This document shows positions 37,468 to 50,700 of a DNA stretch of 64,000 bases, in pieces; position 1 is the first letter of the stretch; every line of letters starts with the position of its first letter. Below the pieces are notes generated by a model that was not told the DNA's origin, ran no database searches, and saw only the letters and a program-made list of their open reading frames with translations. The stretch comes from Marsupella aquatica (lineage: Eukaryota > Plantae > Marchantiophyta), in NCBI GenBank assembly GCA_973895155.1, contig OZ316893.1, positions 20,588,857-20,652,856 of the forward strand. The letters run 5' to 3'. Made by a program: the position numbers and the translations under genes.

Positions 37468-40400
37468 CACTTTGGTCGATATCAAAATTATACACATAGA
37501 TGCAAAGTGACGACATACATTCCACATACAGGCTAGCTCACCTATTCTCCATCACTTTCACATCAAGTCACCTCAGCGCAGCACTCACTCGGCGATTACT
37601 CACAGTCCTAGCACTCACTCAGCAACGACTCACAGTCCTGTATTCCAGCTCCATCTTGCCAAAACTTAGCTCAACTCCAGCTCACGGTTGAGTCCAATCA
37701 TTCTTCAGCTCCAACTCACAGTTCAGGGTCTCAGCACTTGCACCAAAGCACAACTTGATGTAGCTCTCGCTCCAAACTTTCCCGCAACTCACAAGATTGA
37801 CCTTCAGATTTTGAGCTCCCACTATACTTGCTACTTGACCTAGCAAACTAACTTGATGTAGCTCACGCTCCAAACTTTCCCGCAACTCACCTTACTCATA
37901 AGATCGAATTCCAGATTTTGAACTCTCACTATACTTGCTACTTGACCTAGCACGCCCTACCTTGCAGGCACTCACACAGCAGTGCGCACAAGAAATCCAC
38001 TCAATGTGAACTTTTCACCCAAAACATGAGCGGGAGACATGCACTGAAAAATGGGACATTAATTCAAGTTAGAGGAAATGGAGGGAACCCTTGCCATCAA
38101 ATTTGGCTTGGCCATAAGGAAAAGCGGAGGATGGCTGGCCATAGCTTTTGCACAAACTTAATTATTCAAAAGGTTTATTTTTTATTTTTCAGTAACCTCT
38201 TCATTCACTTATGATCAAGACATATATCCAATTGTTATGGCAAAAAGTGATAAATTATGACTTTGGTAGTTCATAACTTGTTCTGCCCATAAACTGTCCA
38301 CCCGCCTGTCCATAACTTGTGATGTCTGTATGTAAGCAACTTTGAGACACATTATTTGAAACTTTGAGATGCCTTATTGGTTTACATGGTTCAAGGCCAT
38401 ATTGGTTAGTGTCACTACTGAAAAAATATGACATTGTAAAGTGTGGCATTGGTTAGTGCCAACCTCCCTCAAAGTCTTGAGTTGGCACAAGTTGTTCAGA
38501 TGGTCGGCACTAGACATTGATCGAAGATAATGGAGCCAACTGTTACGTGGAAGTTCCCATTGATATAACCGTGCATCCTCTTACACAAAACAGTAGTCCA
38601 ACTTACTGATCCCCAACATTTGGTCATAAACAATGGGTCACATTTGGGGAAAGGGTATATTAATTATATTTGGCGCAAATTAATGTACACCATGAGATTA
38701 AATAACTTAAGCCATGGCACAATTGAGTTCTTTAGGTATAGAACTAAATTGTAATGTCCTTATGCTACTTATCATCAAATCCTTTTGACTTACTTACCAC
38801 AGTCACATGAATGACTCTCCAATGAGTCAGGAGTAACATATCTTTTCATTACCTGAAAAACTCTTAGTTAACCGTGAACATAGTGGTTCAATGGGCAAAG
38901 GCAAGGGAGGGCCAAGAGGGGGTACCTCACTACATACAATAGTGTCATGTGCCAAAGAAAGCAAAAAATAAATAGAGTTAGAGTGAAAAGACGCAAACAT
39001 GACGTTTTTACTTGAAAAGTAGAAAAATGTGATTTTATAAAAGAATGAACAGTAAGCAGATAAGAGGGCAATGACTAAACTATTTTTTAAGTTGAAAAGG
39101 AGGAAAGAATCTTTAAAAAGTGAATAGTAAAGGAATGAAAGCGCAATGACTGCATTACATGACAAAAGAGAAAAGAATAATAAAAGAACTTAGTTAAATT
39201 CTTGACTTAGCACATATGATAAAAGAGAAGACTCCGACACTGTCTCCCTCCTAGAACAAGTAAAAACAAATATTGTGTTTGCTGCATGCGGACAAACATA
39301 CCCTATCTGAATCAAGAAAGAATAAAGATTATGTTTCATTTGCAAAGAGGTATGCTATCAAAATTTAGTATTCAATTTGTCATTATAAATACAATTGACT
39401 CCAAAGTACAAGAAGTATTAGGGGTGCAGAGTCGGGCTGGCAGTCGGGTGGAGACTAATACCTTCCAAACTTGGGCCTTTCCAGGTTTTGGTGATTGCTA
39501 ACCCACAAGACATAAATAAAACCCTCATAGAAACTATCACAACAAGGTCACTTCTCAGGTCGCTTACGGAATGATGGGAATACATAACGCAGACTCTCAA
39601 GAGTTTGGCAATTGTTTCTGCTTGCCATAGAGTTGTTTAGTTCGAGGATACTTCTTTCATTTCATAAAACTTAACCCAACTCAGATTGTTCATTGAGCTA
39701 ACTTTGGGGAATGAGTATAACTTGCCCACTTGAAGGGTGTTTTTAATCCCATTCCGACTAATTTTTATAATTAAATTACAACAAACCAACCTCCAAATTT
39801 ATACAAGTTTGGGTTTATAAGTCAGAAAGATATTTCCAAAGTGGTGGCATATTAATCAGACTGAAGGGGTCTTATAATGTATGTGCCATGCGTCATTGTA
39901 TAAGTGGTCCATGTGGCAAGGTCTCTTTGCAATATGTGGCAAATCCTTATATTTCCATTTTAATGGGTGCGCCTATCCTAAGGTAAAAGCAGGGGTAAAA
40001 GGGTTTTGGGGGTTTAGTGAGGGGGTAAGTTTGGGAAAGGCTTTGGTATGACAGATTCAGAGTTTTGTGGGGAGTGCACAGATCAAAGTCTTGAAAGGTC
40101 CAGATCTTTTGTCTTAGAGCCTATACCAGTTTTGGGGACCAGTTTGGCCAAACTGGTCATTCAAACATAATTATATAAATTGTATGTGTGACTGTATGCA
40201 TCCTTTTGTTTGGAATACTTGTGTATCTGGTATGCTAGCCCTATGTTGGGTTTTCCTAATTATAATTCCTGAATGGGTTTTCAAATATAGATTTCACCAG
40301 TTTTATAAGGCACCTAAGGGTGTAAAACGTTAACAGAAATTAATTTTTTACATATAACAACGATATACTTAATATACATAGAGTGAGGGCCCGGGCACAG

Positions 40401-41732
40401 GTCCCCCACCCCTAGACTGCCCCTAATCCCCATGACTAATCATTTACTTTAGGCAATCATTTCAATTTTTATTATGTGTGACTTTAGGGTTTAGGGTTTA
40501 GGGTTTACATGATCAAATTGCATAATGATTTGTGGACAAATAGAAAAATGACACTCCCCTTCTTTGACTATGACCCTTGGTTTCTTAAAAATAATATCAA
40601 GATTTTGGAAATTATATAATTTTGAGCAAAAGAAGAGGCCCTCTTGAAGGATATTTCTTGTCTCCCAATAGCTTTTGGTCACACAAAGATTCATTGAGCT
40701 AACTATCCCTAAGGAGATATTTATAACCTCATGGATGTGCTTCCTACCAAAATACCCTTATTTTCACAACTACCCAGGGTTTTCCTCAAACTTTTCAAGT
40801 GTTAATCTATTATTGAGAACGTACAATGCATTTGAGCTCCGTCCTGGTAATGCTCCTGGAGACCCTGAGCACTATGATTTCATCTCACAATGCCAAATTC
40901 AAACACAACAACAATTTGCAAACACAACACCACATACTTACAAAAAGCCAAAACAGAGAGTCAAAACCTATATAGTAGAGTAACAAAGTAAAGACTTAAT
41001 CACTATGTGGAACTTGTGGGGAAACTTGGAGATAATAGTTATGTCTCTACCTAACAGATTGATCGTCCAGTGAGATCTTTTCATGTTGGTCCAGGAGTCT
41101 AATTCTGGATTTTGAAGTGTTGTGGTTAGAAATTTGTTCTCTAAGCCGTAGTATGCTTGTCACATTATAAGAAAGCTAGGTTCTTTTTAAGGTTTATCAA
41201 AATGCAGTAGTTCATCTGACAACTTAATGTATCTTGGTTCTGTAGGGGTGGTAGATGGTTCCTATGCGATGGTCTTCAAACGTATTGTTTATGGTCAGCT
41301 GAAGAACCAAGGTATAACCATTTGATTCAACACAACTTGGAGTTCTCAATTTCTAGTACAGATTAACTAGACATATTAGGATTCAACCCCGGATTCAACT
41401 AAGTATCTTCAGTTGTGATTATTCTACTAGGGAGTTTGAGGTAAGGATCTCAATGGCTGGAAAGTTTCCCATCCTAACTTGCTCTGGGACTTGCTCTTGT
41501 ACTCCATTTTTTTGCCGTTAGGCATGGCATTGCTCTTACATAATTATCCTTTTGATGGCTTTGATTAAAGCTGCTATTGCATACCCTTTTGACTGTGTTG
41601 CTTAAACCTGCTTCGCCGAAAGCTGCTGTTGCATAATTACCATTTTTATACAGTACTTGTTTTGAAAAAGACTTCAATTGTTTTCTACCAGCTTCACGGT
41701 ATGCAACAGCAGCTTTAATCAAAGCCATCAAA

Positions 41733-44244
41733 AGGGTTTAGGGTGTAGACTAGTGCTATCTCCTTGCTTTCCACATTCACAAATTATTAGAGTATCTACT
41801 TACAATAATGGACACTTACAATAATGGACCCTTAATCTACTTTTACATGGTCCCCCAGGTCCATGAACACACCCTAATTTATTTTTACATCAAACTGCCA
41901 AAAGCAGAAGGCGCCCAACTGGGAGACACGATCCCACAGGCCAAAAACCCAATCAAGGGAGAACACAAAAAAGGCCAAAACATTTATCAGTTTAGGGTTA
42001 ACACCAGGCAGGGTTTCCCGCACAAGAGGAGACACAAAAACCAAATTCTACCTATCCGCATACTCTCGGGGGTCTCACTATATGGGGACCTCCCCATCGC
42101 CTGCGACGTTTTTAGGCCTCGGACCCCCTAAAATGTAAGAATTTTTTTTAATTTTTTAACCCCTATAAAGTTGGAATATTCTTGGAATATTCTAAAAATT
42201 GGATTAAAAAGACCCTAATGTTCTTATAAGTCTCAAAATTGAATTTAAAAGACCCTATTGTTCTTCTACAAAAATTCTTAAGTCTTCCCTTAGAACCAAT
42301 AAAATGACCCTATCCTTCGTCGCACGTGATATGCCATTTTTGTGGAAGTGAAACCCCCGAGCACATACTGAAGAGCCTGGTCAAGCTCACGAGTAAACTG
42401 CATACTAGGAGGAAAGGGAATCCGACTAGTTGCTCGAAACCCACCTGCATCTCCCCTACAAAGAATGGTTAGAACTCAATAAGAAGAACCCACTAACTTA
42501 AAGTATGGTTGGTTTATAGTGCCCCTAGCTAACTATACCATTTTTCAATAATTAGTACATGGTTGAATCTCAACAAAAGCTTGAGCAACCCCAATTTGCA
42601 CCTTAAAAACTCTCAACCCAAACGGGCTTTTGACCCACAACAAATAATGGCCAAAAACTCTCTTAATGCGCCTTTGAATACTAATGTACCCGAGTAGAAC
42701 CAAATAAACATAGTGAAAACTCAAAAAGAATAACTAAGAAATTTAAAGTATGGTTGGTTTAAAGTTCCTCCTTCTTATTTGGCACGTTAAATTTGAATTC
42801 TCTTTGACCCTGAGTTCTCGGGACAAACTATAAATTGTAGTAGTTTCACAAAAAACACACATAGTTGTATTTGTTTAGGTTTGGGTCTGGCATAACCATT
42901 GGCCCGGAACTTTGAAATGGACATGCCCCAAGGGCCCACACATGGGCCCACAATGAGGTTTGACTAAGGCTAACCCCAGGTTAAGGTTTGAATCAGGGGC
43001 TTTAGGGTTTAGACTAGTGCTATCTCTTTGCTTAGTTCCCACAGTCACTCACAAATTATCTACTTACAATAATGGACACTTACAATGCAATAACGGACAC
43101 TTACAATAATGCCTGGACCCTTAATCTACTTTTACATTCTCCCCCAGGTCCATGAAAACAAAGGGTTCGCCAAGTAGAAAAGAGACCATCAATGAAATGA
43201 TCAAGACAAGACTTGAACAGTGTCATTTGCAAGTTCCTAGCTTCATCCAAAATATTAATCATGTATTATCCATCTGGGAATAGTTTGATACAACATTTTG
43301 ATCAATAATGGACTGTCTTGGACCTTAATCCGGACCTTAATCTTTTACATTTTGTCACCAATAATTTTTGCTTCTTTCAACAGTTGAAAATGTGCAAGGT
43401 TGAAATACTTTGGATATCAACATATGCTAATAGCACTAATTTTTTATATCAAACTGCCAAAAGCAGAAGGCGCCCAACTGGGAGACAAAATTCCACAGGC
43501 CAAAAACCCAATCAAGGGAGAACACAAAAAAGGCCAAAACATTTATCAGTTTAGGGTTAACAGCAGGCAGGGTTTCCCGCATAAGAGGACACACAAAAAC
43601 CAAACCCTACCTATCAACATACTGAAGAGCCTGGAAGCTCAGTCGTAAACTGCATAGGAGGGTTAAGCAAAGGAATCCGACTAGGTGCCCGAAACCCACC
43701 TGCCTCTCTCTTACAAAGAATGGTTAAAACACAATAAGAAGAACCCACTAACTTAAAGTATGGTTGGTTTATAGTGCTCCTAGCTAACTATACCATTTTT
43801 CAATAATTAGTACATGGTTGAATCTCAACAAAAGCTTGAGCAACCCCAATTTGCAACATAAAAACTCTCAACCCAAACGGGCTTTTGACCCACAGCAAAT
43901 AATGGCCAAAACTCTCTTAATGCGCCTTTGAATACTAATGTACCCGAGTAGAACTAAATAAACATAGTGAAAACTCAAAAAGAATAACTAAGAAATTTAA
44001 AGTATGGTTGGTTTAAAGTTCCTCATTCTTATTTGGTACGTTAAATTTGAATTCTCTTTGGCCCTGAGTTCCCGAGACAAATTATAAATTGTAATAGTTT
44101 CACAACAAACACAAATGGACCTTGTATTTGTTTAGGTTTGGATCTGGCACAACCATTGGCCCGGAATTTTGAAATGGACATGTCACAAGAGACCACATGG
44201 GCGCCCACAATGAGGTTTGACTACTTGGTTGTTCAGGGGCTTTA
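41733..44244. repeat. Diverged ~1.25-kb tandem duplication (units ~41733-43000 and ~43001-44244)
   Basis: Colinear blocks are shared, e.g. AGACTAGTGCTATC (~41747/43010), CAAACTGCCAAAAGCAGAAGGCGCCCAACTGGGAGAC (~41891/43450) and AAGAAGAACCCACTAACTTAAAGTATGG (~42481/43736). Each unit carries its own private insertion. Confidence 0.9.
42065..42361 (+). mobile_element. MITE with TIR CTCGGGGGT(C/T)TCACT and 8-bp TSD
   Basis: TIRs at 42065 and ending 42361, with TSD CGCATACT / CACATACT. The paralogous duplicated unit shows the empty site (CCTATCAACATACTGAAGAGCC, ~43610-43631). Confidence 0.88.
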
Positions 44245-45235
44245 GGGTTTAGCTAGGGTTTAGTTAGGGTTTAGGCTGAAACCCTTAAAAACCCTAAACC
44301 CTGAACCCTGAACATAAAACCCTAGAACCCTAAACATTACTTAGGTTAACTCTATTTAACCTTAAGCCTAAACATCGATAACAGTCCTTAATCCTAAGAT
44401 GCTCGGGGGGTTGACTATCAAAAATCTTAGGAACCACGTGCGATCCGAAATAGGTATTTTTCATAGAAATTAGCTAAGATGACTTTGGGTTAATTGTACA
44501 AATAAATAATGGTTGCACAAGACTGAGAGAGGCCCTTGTAGTAAGTTAAATTAATAATGGTTGCACAAGGATTAAGAGATCAAGGGTTACCCTAGGGTTT
44601 AAACACATAATATATATAATCAGATTTAGGGTTTAGGGGTTTAGGGTTTAGATATAATAAGATTAAGGGGTGTTTACCTGAGTAGGTTTAATAATTCATA
44701 TGTGTTGTGAAATCTTAGGCGAGTATTAGCCTTAGTTAGAGGGTTTAGCTAGGGTTTAGTTAGGGTTTAGGCTGAAACCCTTAAAAACCCTAAACCCTGA
44801 ACCCTGAACATGAAACCCTAGAACCCTAAACATTACTTAGGTTAACTCTATTTAACCTTAAGCCTAAACATCGATAACAGTCCTTAATCCTAAGATGCTC
44901 GGGGGGTTGACTATCAAAAATCTTAGGAACCACGTGCGATCCGAAATAGGTATTTTTCATAGAAATTAGCTAAGATGACTTTGGGTTAATTGTACAAATA
45001 AATAATGGTTGCACAAGACTGAGAGAGGCCCTTGTAGTAAGTTAAATTAATAATGGTTGCACAAGGATTAAGAGATCAAGGGTTACCCTAGGGGTTAAAC
45101 ACATAATATATATAATCAGATTTAGGGTTTAGGGGTTTAAGGTTTAGATATAATAAGATTAAGGGGCGGTTACCCGAGTAGGTTTAATAATTCATATGTG
45201 TTGTGAAATCTTAGGCGAGTATTACCCTTAGTTAT
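44245..45235. repeat. Near-identical 496-bp tandem duplication rich in telomere-like TTTAGGG/CCCTAAA motifs
   Basis: GGGTTTAGCTAGGGTTTAGTTAGGGTTTAGGCTGAAACCC starts at 44245 and at 44741, and the copies differ at few sites. Confidence 0.92.
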
Positions 45236-46718
45236 AGGCTATTAAATAATGGTAGTAAAAAGAACAAATCAGGTTACCTTAGTAATTTAAATAAATTATG
45301 GTAGTAAAAAGATTGAATGAGGTTACCTTAGTAGGTTAAATAATGATGGTAGTAAAAATATTAAATGAGGTTAAATAAATTATGGTAGTACAAATGGTAA
45401 ATTTAATCGTAAAGGAAGTAAGTTACCTTAGTAGTAAATGTATAATGGGTGCAAATTAAAAGATTAGGTGAGGATCCCCATAGCAAGTTAAAAATTTGTT
45501 TCAATTTACAAGCATATAATTGAAAATTTTATTAATTTTACGGCCAAGGCCTTGTAAACTTTTCTCTGCTCGAAGGGTACCTCCGGGCATTTACAAGACA
45601 AGATATGATCAGTTTGCATCAGATCGATTGGGCATGAGAATCAGTTACCGAAGGCCAAGGCAATCATAACCAGGTCAAAATTCAAAATTCAAAATTCCCC
45701 CCAAAAGTTTCATTTTGAAATGCGAACTTCCAGAATCCTCTTGTGGAGTCAAAAACGTTAAGTCTGTTTTGATCGTCTATGGAGTTCATTTACTAGGAAA
45801 GGGTTTTGATTCAGGAGAGCTACGAGGAGAGCGCTTCAAGCTGCGAGGAGAGCGCTTCAAGCTGCGAGGAGAGTGCTTCAAGTGCTGGGAGGGGATACTT
45901 CAAGAGGAGAGCTGGGAGGAGTTCTTAGAGTACAGATTGTTCAAGGAGATAGAGATTAACACGGGGATTAACATTGAAGAGCGATCGAGGAGATTAGACA
46001 GTCAGCCTTCATCAAAGAGTCATAGTGTGCGACTATAGAGGAACTGGCAAGAGACTGCACAAGTTATTTGTTGATGAAGATTGAGTGAACTGTCTAGAGT
46101 GGCAGAGAAGATATACAAGCTGTATGTGTCTTGAAACTGTAAGTAACCATCCATTCGAGTTCTTCCTTTTTGCATTAGTTCTTCTTCAATCTTAGAATGA
46201 GAGATTGAATTGATGAATTAGATTGTGATGTGTGAACTCAATTCACTTCATAATATATATGAATCTTGAACTCAAGAATCATTCCCTAACTCGAACTTAA
46301 GTGAGAATTTAATCATTAAGATTGTAGATTGTATTTGTAACTGAGTAATATATCCGATTCATTCTAATGTTTGATGAGGTTAATCTTTTGTTAACCTGTT
46401 CAACTTCAATCATAATCTACCTGAGTGTAGATTTTCACAAACTAACTAGCGTGACGGTTACTTGACATACATAATTTAAAATTGAACGCATATAAGCAAA
46501 CAAAGATACTTGAATGAAAGTAACATATATGTATGTGCTTTCTCCTAGATTTAACACCAAATAACTTGTGGGAGAATGTTATTATGATAAGTATTTGTGG
46601 TTGGTACATGAGCCCTACCATTGTCATGTTGTGGTTTTCTTAAACAAATGACTTCTGAGGTGACTAGGAAACCTCTAATACTTCAAGTAGATGATCAAAA
46701 CTTTAAAAAGTGACCATG

Positions 46719-47435
46719 AACCATGGTTCGTGTGCCTAGTAAGAGGCTTATCTGATGGCATTAATTATCTAATACTCGGAGTGAACCAACTCTACACCTA
46801 CATGTAAAAAGTGACTTCGAACCATGGTTCAAACCATATCAAACTAACTCAACTTGTAGATGGGAAAATGAAAGGTGAGTGCAAATCATGGTACGTAGCC
46901 CTTGAATTAATGAGCCTTATTTAACAGCATCATCTAAAACTAGGAGTAAATTACCAAACTGACTAGTATACTCCTAGCTAGAAAAATAAAAATGTGACTA
47001 TGACCAAAGGCCACAAACCATGGTTCATAGTCACATGATCTATATGATACATGAACCTCAGTCTCCTGCTTTGCTTAAGTATGATTATAACTCTCTTTAA
47101 TATTGTTTACATTCTGGTCAAGAGAAACTCATACATAAGTCCAATAGAATACATTTGATAAAGACTTTCTTATGAATTCTAAACTGATGGAATTATTACA
47201 CATCAAACAATTATAATGCAAGATGACTTTCTCTTGTAATACTGATTTGCTTTTGTTTTAACATGTATCATTCATGGTGAATTTAAACCTAGCCTGAACA
47301 CTGTTTCTTGATGACAATACTATAAAAACACCCCATAAGAAACACTTCATATCTATAATATGATAAAAGATAGTCATGGTAATTATACGCCTTAGTACTT
47401 TTTTTATATTCTCATTAATGGAGCGAACCATGGTT
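46719..47435. promoter_or_regulatory. AACCATGGTT palindrome cluster in the presumed 5'-UTR intron of the transposase
   Basis: Perfect copies at 46719, 46820, 47016 and 47426, with a variant at ~46884. They lie between a GTAAGT donor at 46139 and a TGCAG acceptor ending 47733. Confidence 0.6.
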
Positions 47436-47741
47436 TGCAGTTGCCATCTTGTGGTAAGACATCATTTAAGTATGTAGTAGTTTAGGGTTTTGGGTCAAAT
47501 GTACACAATGCTTCTTGAACTCAATGGTAAGTAACAACCTGCCAACTTAGTTGTGAGGGCAACTCATCTCAGACAATTACACGAGAGTTCAAGGCTATTG
47601 AGAAACAAGGGAAACAAAGTAGGTCTGGAAAACTAAGACAAAAAGTATACGGTCCCTTGGGTATATTCAGAGAAAAAAACAACAACTATATCTTAGGAAC
47701 AGAGGTTAACTTTGATTTGGATTGAATGTGCAGATAAAATA

Positions 47742-50700
47742 ATGGCGACATCTTGGATTATTGTCGGTGAAACCGTAGGTTTGTGCATATCAAATAAAAT
47801 GGTTGCGAAGGGTATCATTCAAAGTGTGGATCCATCTCGGATTTGCCATAATGTTCCTCTTGGGCCTCTTCAAGTTCTTGTTACTTTGAAAGAAGTATTT
47901 GATGGGGAAATTCAATGGGATCATGGTGAAAGCTTGGCTGACATGATAGGATCTTTTCTAGTCTGGAAAAAAGGTCAACTTCAGCAACTTGAAATGGTTA
48001 CTGGATACCTACCTAATACCTCATACAAGAATGGAGCTTCAACGAGCAATGGAAGTGATACCAGCCAACCAGAGATCTCAAATGAGAACGAAGCTCAAGG
48101 AAACCAATCGGAGTGGTCAAATGAGAATGGAGTTGAATCTAGTGGAAATCCTCTTCGAATTTCATCCACAAGTTTATGGATGGGAATGGTTGTTAAAGTA
48201 CTTGATGAAACACATTTTGCCTTTGCGATTGCAAGAGTAATGGCTGTTAATCCAGAAGTGACATTGGGAGATACTACTCTTCGAAATACACATGTGGGAA
48301 TCTTGATTGATGAATATATTCAAGGTGCAACCAATGATCACCTGAAACATAGAGATTGTTTGAGGGCATGGCCATTGGATAGGCTCGTCACAAGTAACGG
48401 AAGGCTATTAGCCTCATTTTTTGTAGATGCAGAGGAGGAGGATCTAGATGCTTCAAGTCGAAAGAGATCATACATTCCAATAACCAGAAAAAGAAAACAA
48501 CCTTCTCTTTCTTTGTCAAAGAAAGACAAGTCCCTTTCCAAAGAAGATGTGGAGGAAATCAGAAAACAGAAATGTTGCCTTCGTCGGTGCTGCCATCTTC
48601 TTGACCCTCATGTGGCAAGGGGGATTAGGGAGAACTATTGGGAGAAATCATTTGAGATGCGAAAAGAGTATGAGATCAATGCTATTGTCAATATATTGGA
48701 ACTATCTAATACTGAAAAACTAATCATCATTGAAGGGAAGGCAATATGCTTGGAGGCATGGAGGATTTTGCACTCCAAAGGGCGAAGTCAATTCTATGAG
48801 CTCAGAAAGGCTGTGGGTAATGGGGTGAGGATAGCTTATCATGGAAACCAAGGAAAGAGAAGGATGACTGAACGAGTTTCTCAAGCCTATATGTCATTGC
48901 ATGGGTTGATTGATGAGTGCGCAGATCTTCATCCTGCAAAAATGAGGACGACTGCAGACAAATCTCGACAAGTTTTAAAGGAGCTACCTACAAGTGATAC
49001 TTGGGAAAGTATTAGGAACAAGCTCAATGCTACAAATTTAGAGCTTGGTCTTCAACCAATCTCCCAGTCCACATTGAGTATTTTACATCAAAAGTACTTC
49101 AAGGAAGTGACGATTCATAAGAAAGGCAATAACTTTTCCAAGTGTACAACTTGTAGTGAGTTGATGCAACGGAAAGCAAATCTGACCGGTGTGAAAGAAG
49201 AGATTGAGATTTTAAAGAGGGATGAAATCGCTCATCATCGTGATCATACCGAAGGCAGATTATTATATCACTCTTGGAGACGCCAGTCTGTTGATAATCC
49301 AAAACAGGTCTTATGCATAATTCATGATAAAATGGATCATTGTAAGACTGCACTACCAAGGATGCCCTTTTGTCCGAAAGAAGTGGATGGTGCGATTAAA
49401 CTTCCAATTACCTTGACTGGTATTTTGACTCATGGCCATGGTCCAAAAGCTATTGCTCAATATAATGTTGGAGTGTGGGCACCTGATGCCAATGCCACAA
49501 TTGGTTCACTTGACACAATACTTCGAATGTTGGAAAATCCAGAACCGATGATCAAATCTTTAGTGGAAGGGCCAGATTCCACAAAACTATTTGAAAACTT
49601 GCTTGAGGGGCGAGGACCTATATTGGAGGGAAAACTTCGTGAAGCATTTAAGGACGAAATATCAAATCTAGGTAATTATTTCACTTCAATGCAAATAAGT
49701 GTTGTTATTTTTATGCCATATTCAGTATCAACCATGCTTCCTTTGTAAGTGATGTGACCTTCCAAGGTGTCAACCAGAGTTCATTGTCAGTTGACATAAA
49801 GATTGTTATTATTCGCTCATGTGAGAGTCATTTTCTTAGGATATATCCTTGTTTGTTATTTTATGTGATAAGTGCAAACCATGGTTCATTGATAGTTTAT
49901 TTCAAAGTATGAACCATTTTTTATTGTTAGTTTATTTGAGAGCACAAACCATGGTTCATTGTAACTAGCTTATTGAAAGTGTGACCCATGGTTTGTTGTT
50001 AGTGTATGCAAAACTTAGTGAGAACCATGGCTTGAACCGTTAACTATTTATTTCAGACTCGAAACTATAGTTCATTTGAGTTTATGTTCATAAATCGTTG
50101 CCCATGATGGTATATTATTGGTTATTCTATATGTCTAAGAAAATATGTAGGCTCTATGAAAATGTTTTGGCTCTAAATTAATTATTGACCCTAATATATA
50201 TGGTTCTTAAAGTTTTGCAGCGAAGTCAAACTCATTGGATGCGTCTACTACCTTCAAGCCTCTTCCAAGAGTTTTGAAGTTACAACTTGACAATTGTGCA
50301 GGAGATAACAAAAACAGATATGTGTTGGGTTATTTGTCCCTACTGACGGCAAGAGATGTTTTTGAAGAGATTCATCTGGGATTGCTCATGGTCGGACATA
50401 CTCATGAGGATGTTGATGCTATGTTTGGCCATTTCTCTGAAAGTTTAATGCGTAACCCAACCTATTCTTTGGCAGATCTAATGTCATTGTTAATGGGGGC
50501 AAGGACTCCACATCCAGTTCCCCATTTCGTGCAAGAGGTGCCCGATTTTAAATCATACTTGGAACTATACTTGCTTAAAGGAGGGGACTCATTGGTGGGG
50601 CATTTGCAACCACGACTATTTCGATTGTATGTGCGTGATGATGGTATGCCATGCCTTCAATACAAAATGAAATGCCAAGAGGATGATTGGCTCCCAAGAG

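Noticed and set aside
38413-38440. CACTACTGAAAAAATATGAC as the left end of a CACTA element enclosing the transposase
   Set aside because: No matching ...TTTTCAGTAGTG right end was found, and the transposase core is not CACTA Tnp2. At most it is an orphan terminus.
39400-41730. hAT-like end (~40385-40423) and decayed transposase-like ORF pieces
   Set aside because: Too degraded to define boundaries or family by eye, so not reported as a feature.
23358-42361. Inverted homology between 23.4-23.7 kb and 42.1-42.4 kb as TIRs of one 19-kb element
   Set aside because: Each copy has its own TIRs and its own 8-bp TSD, so they are independent MITE insertions.
44245-45235. True telomere or chromosome end
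   Set aside because: The motifs are short, degenerate, in both orientations and embedded in a duplicated unit, with normal sequence on both sides.
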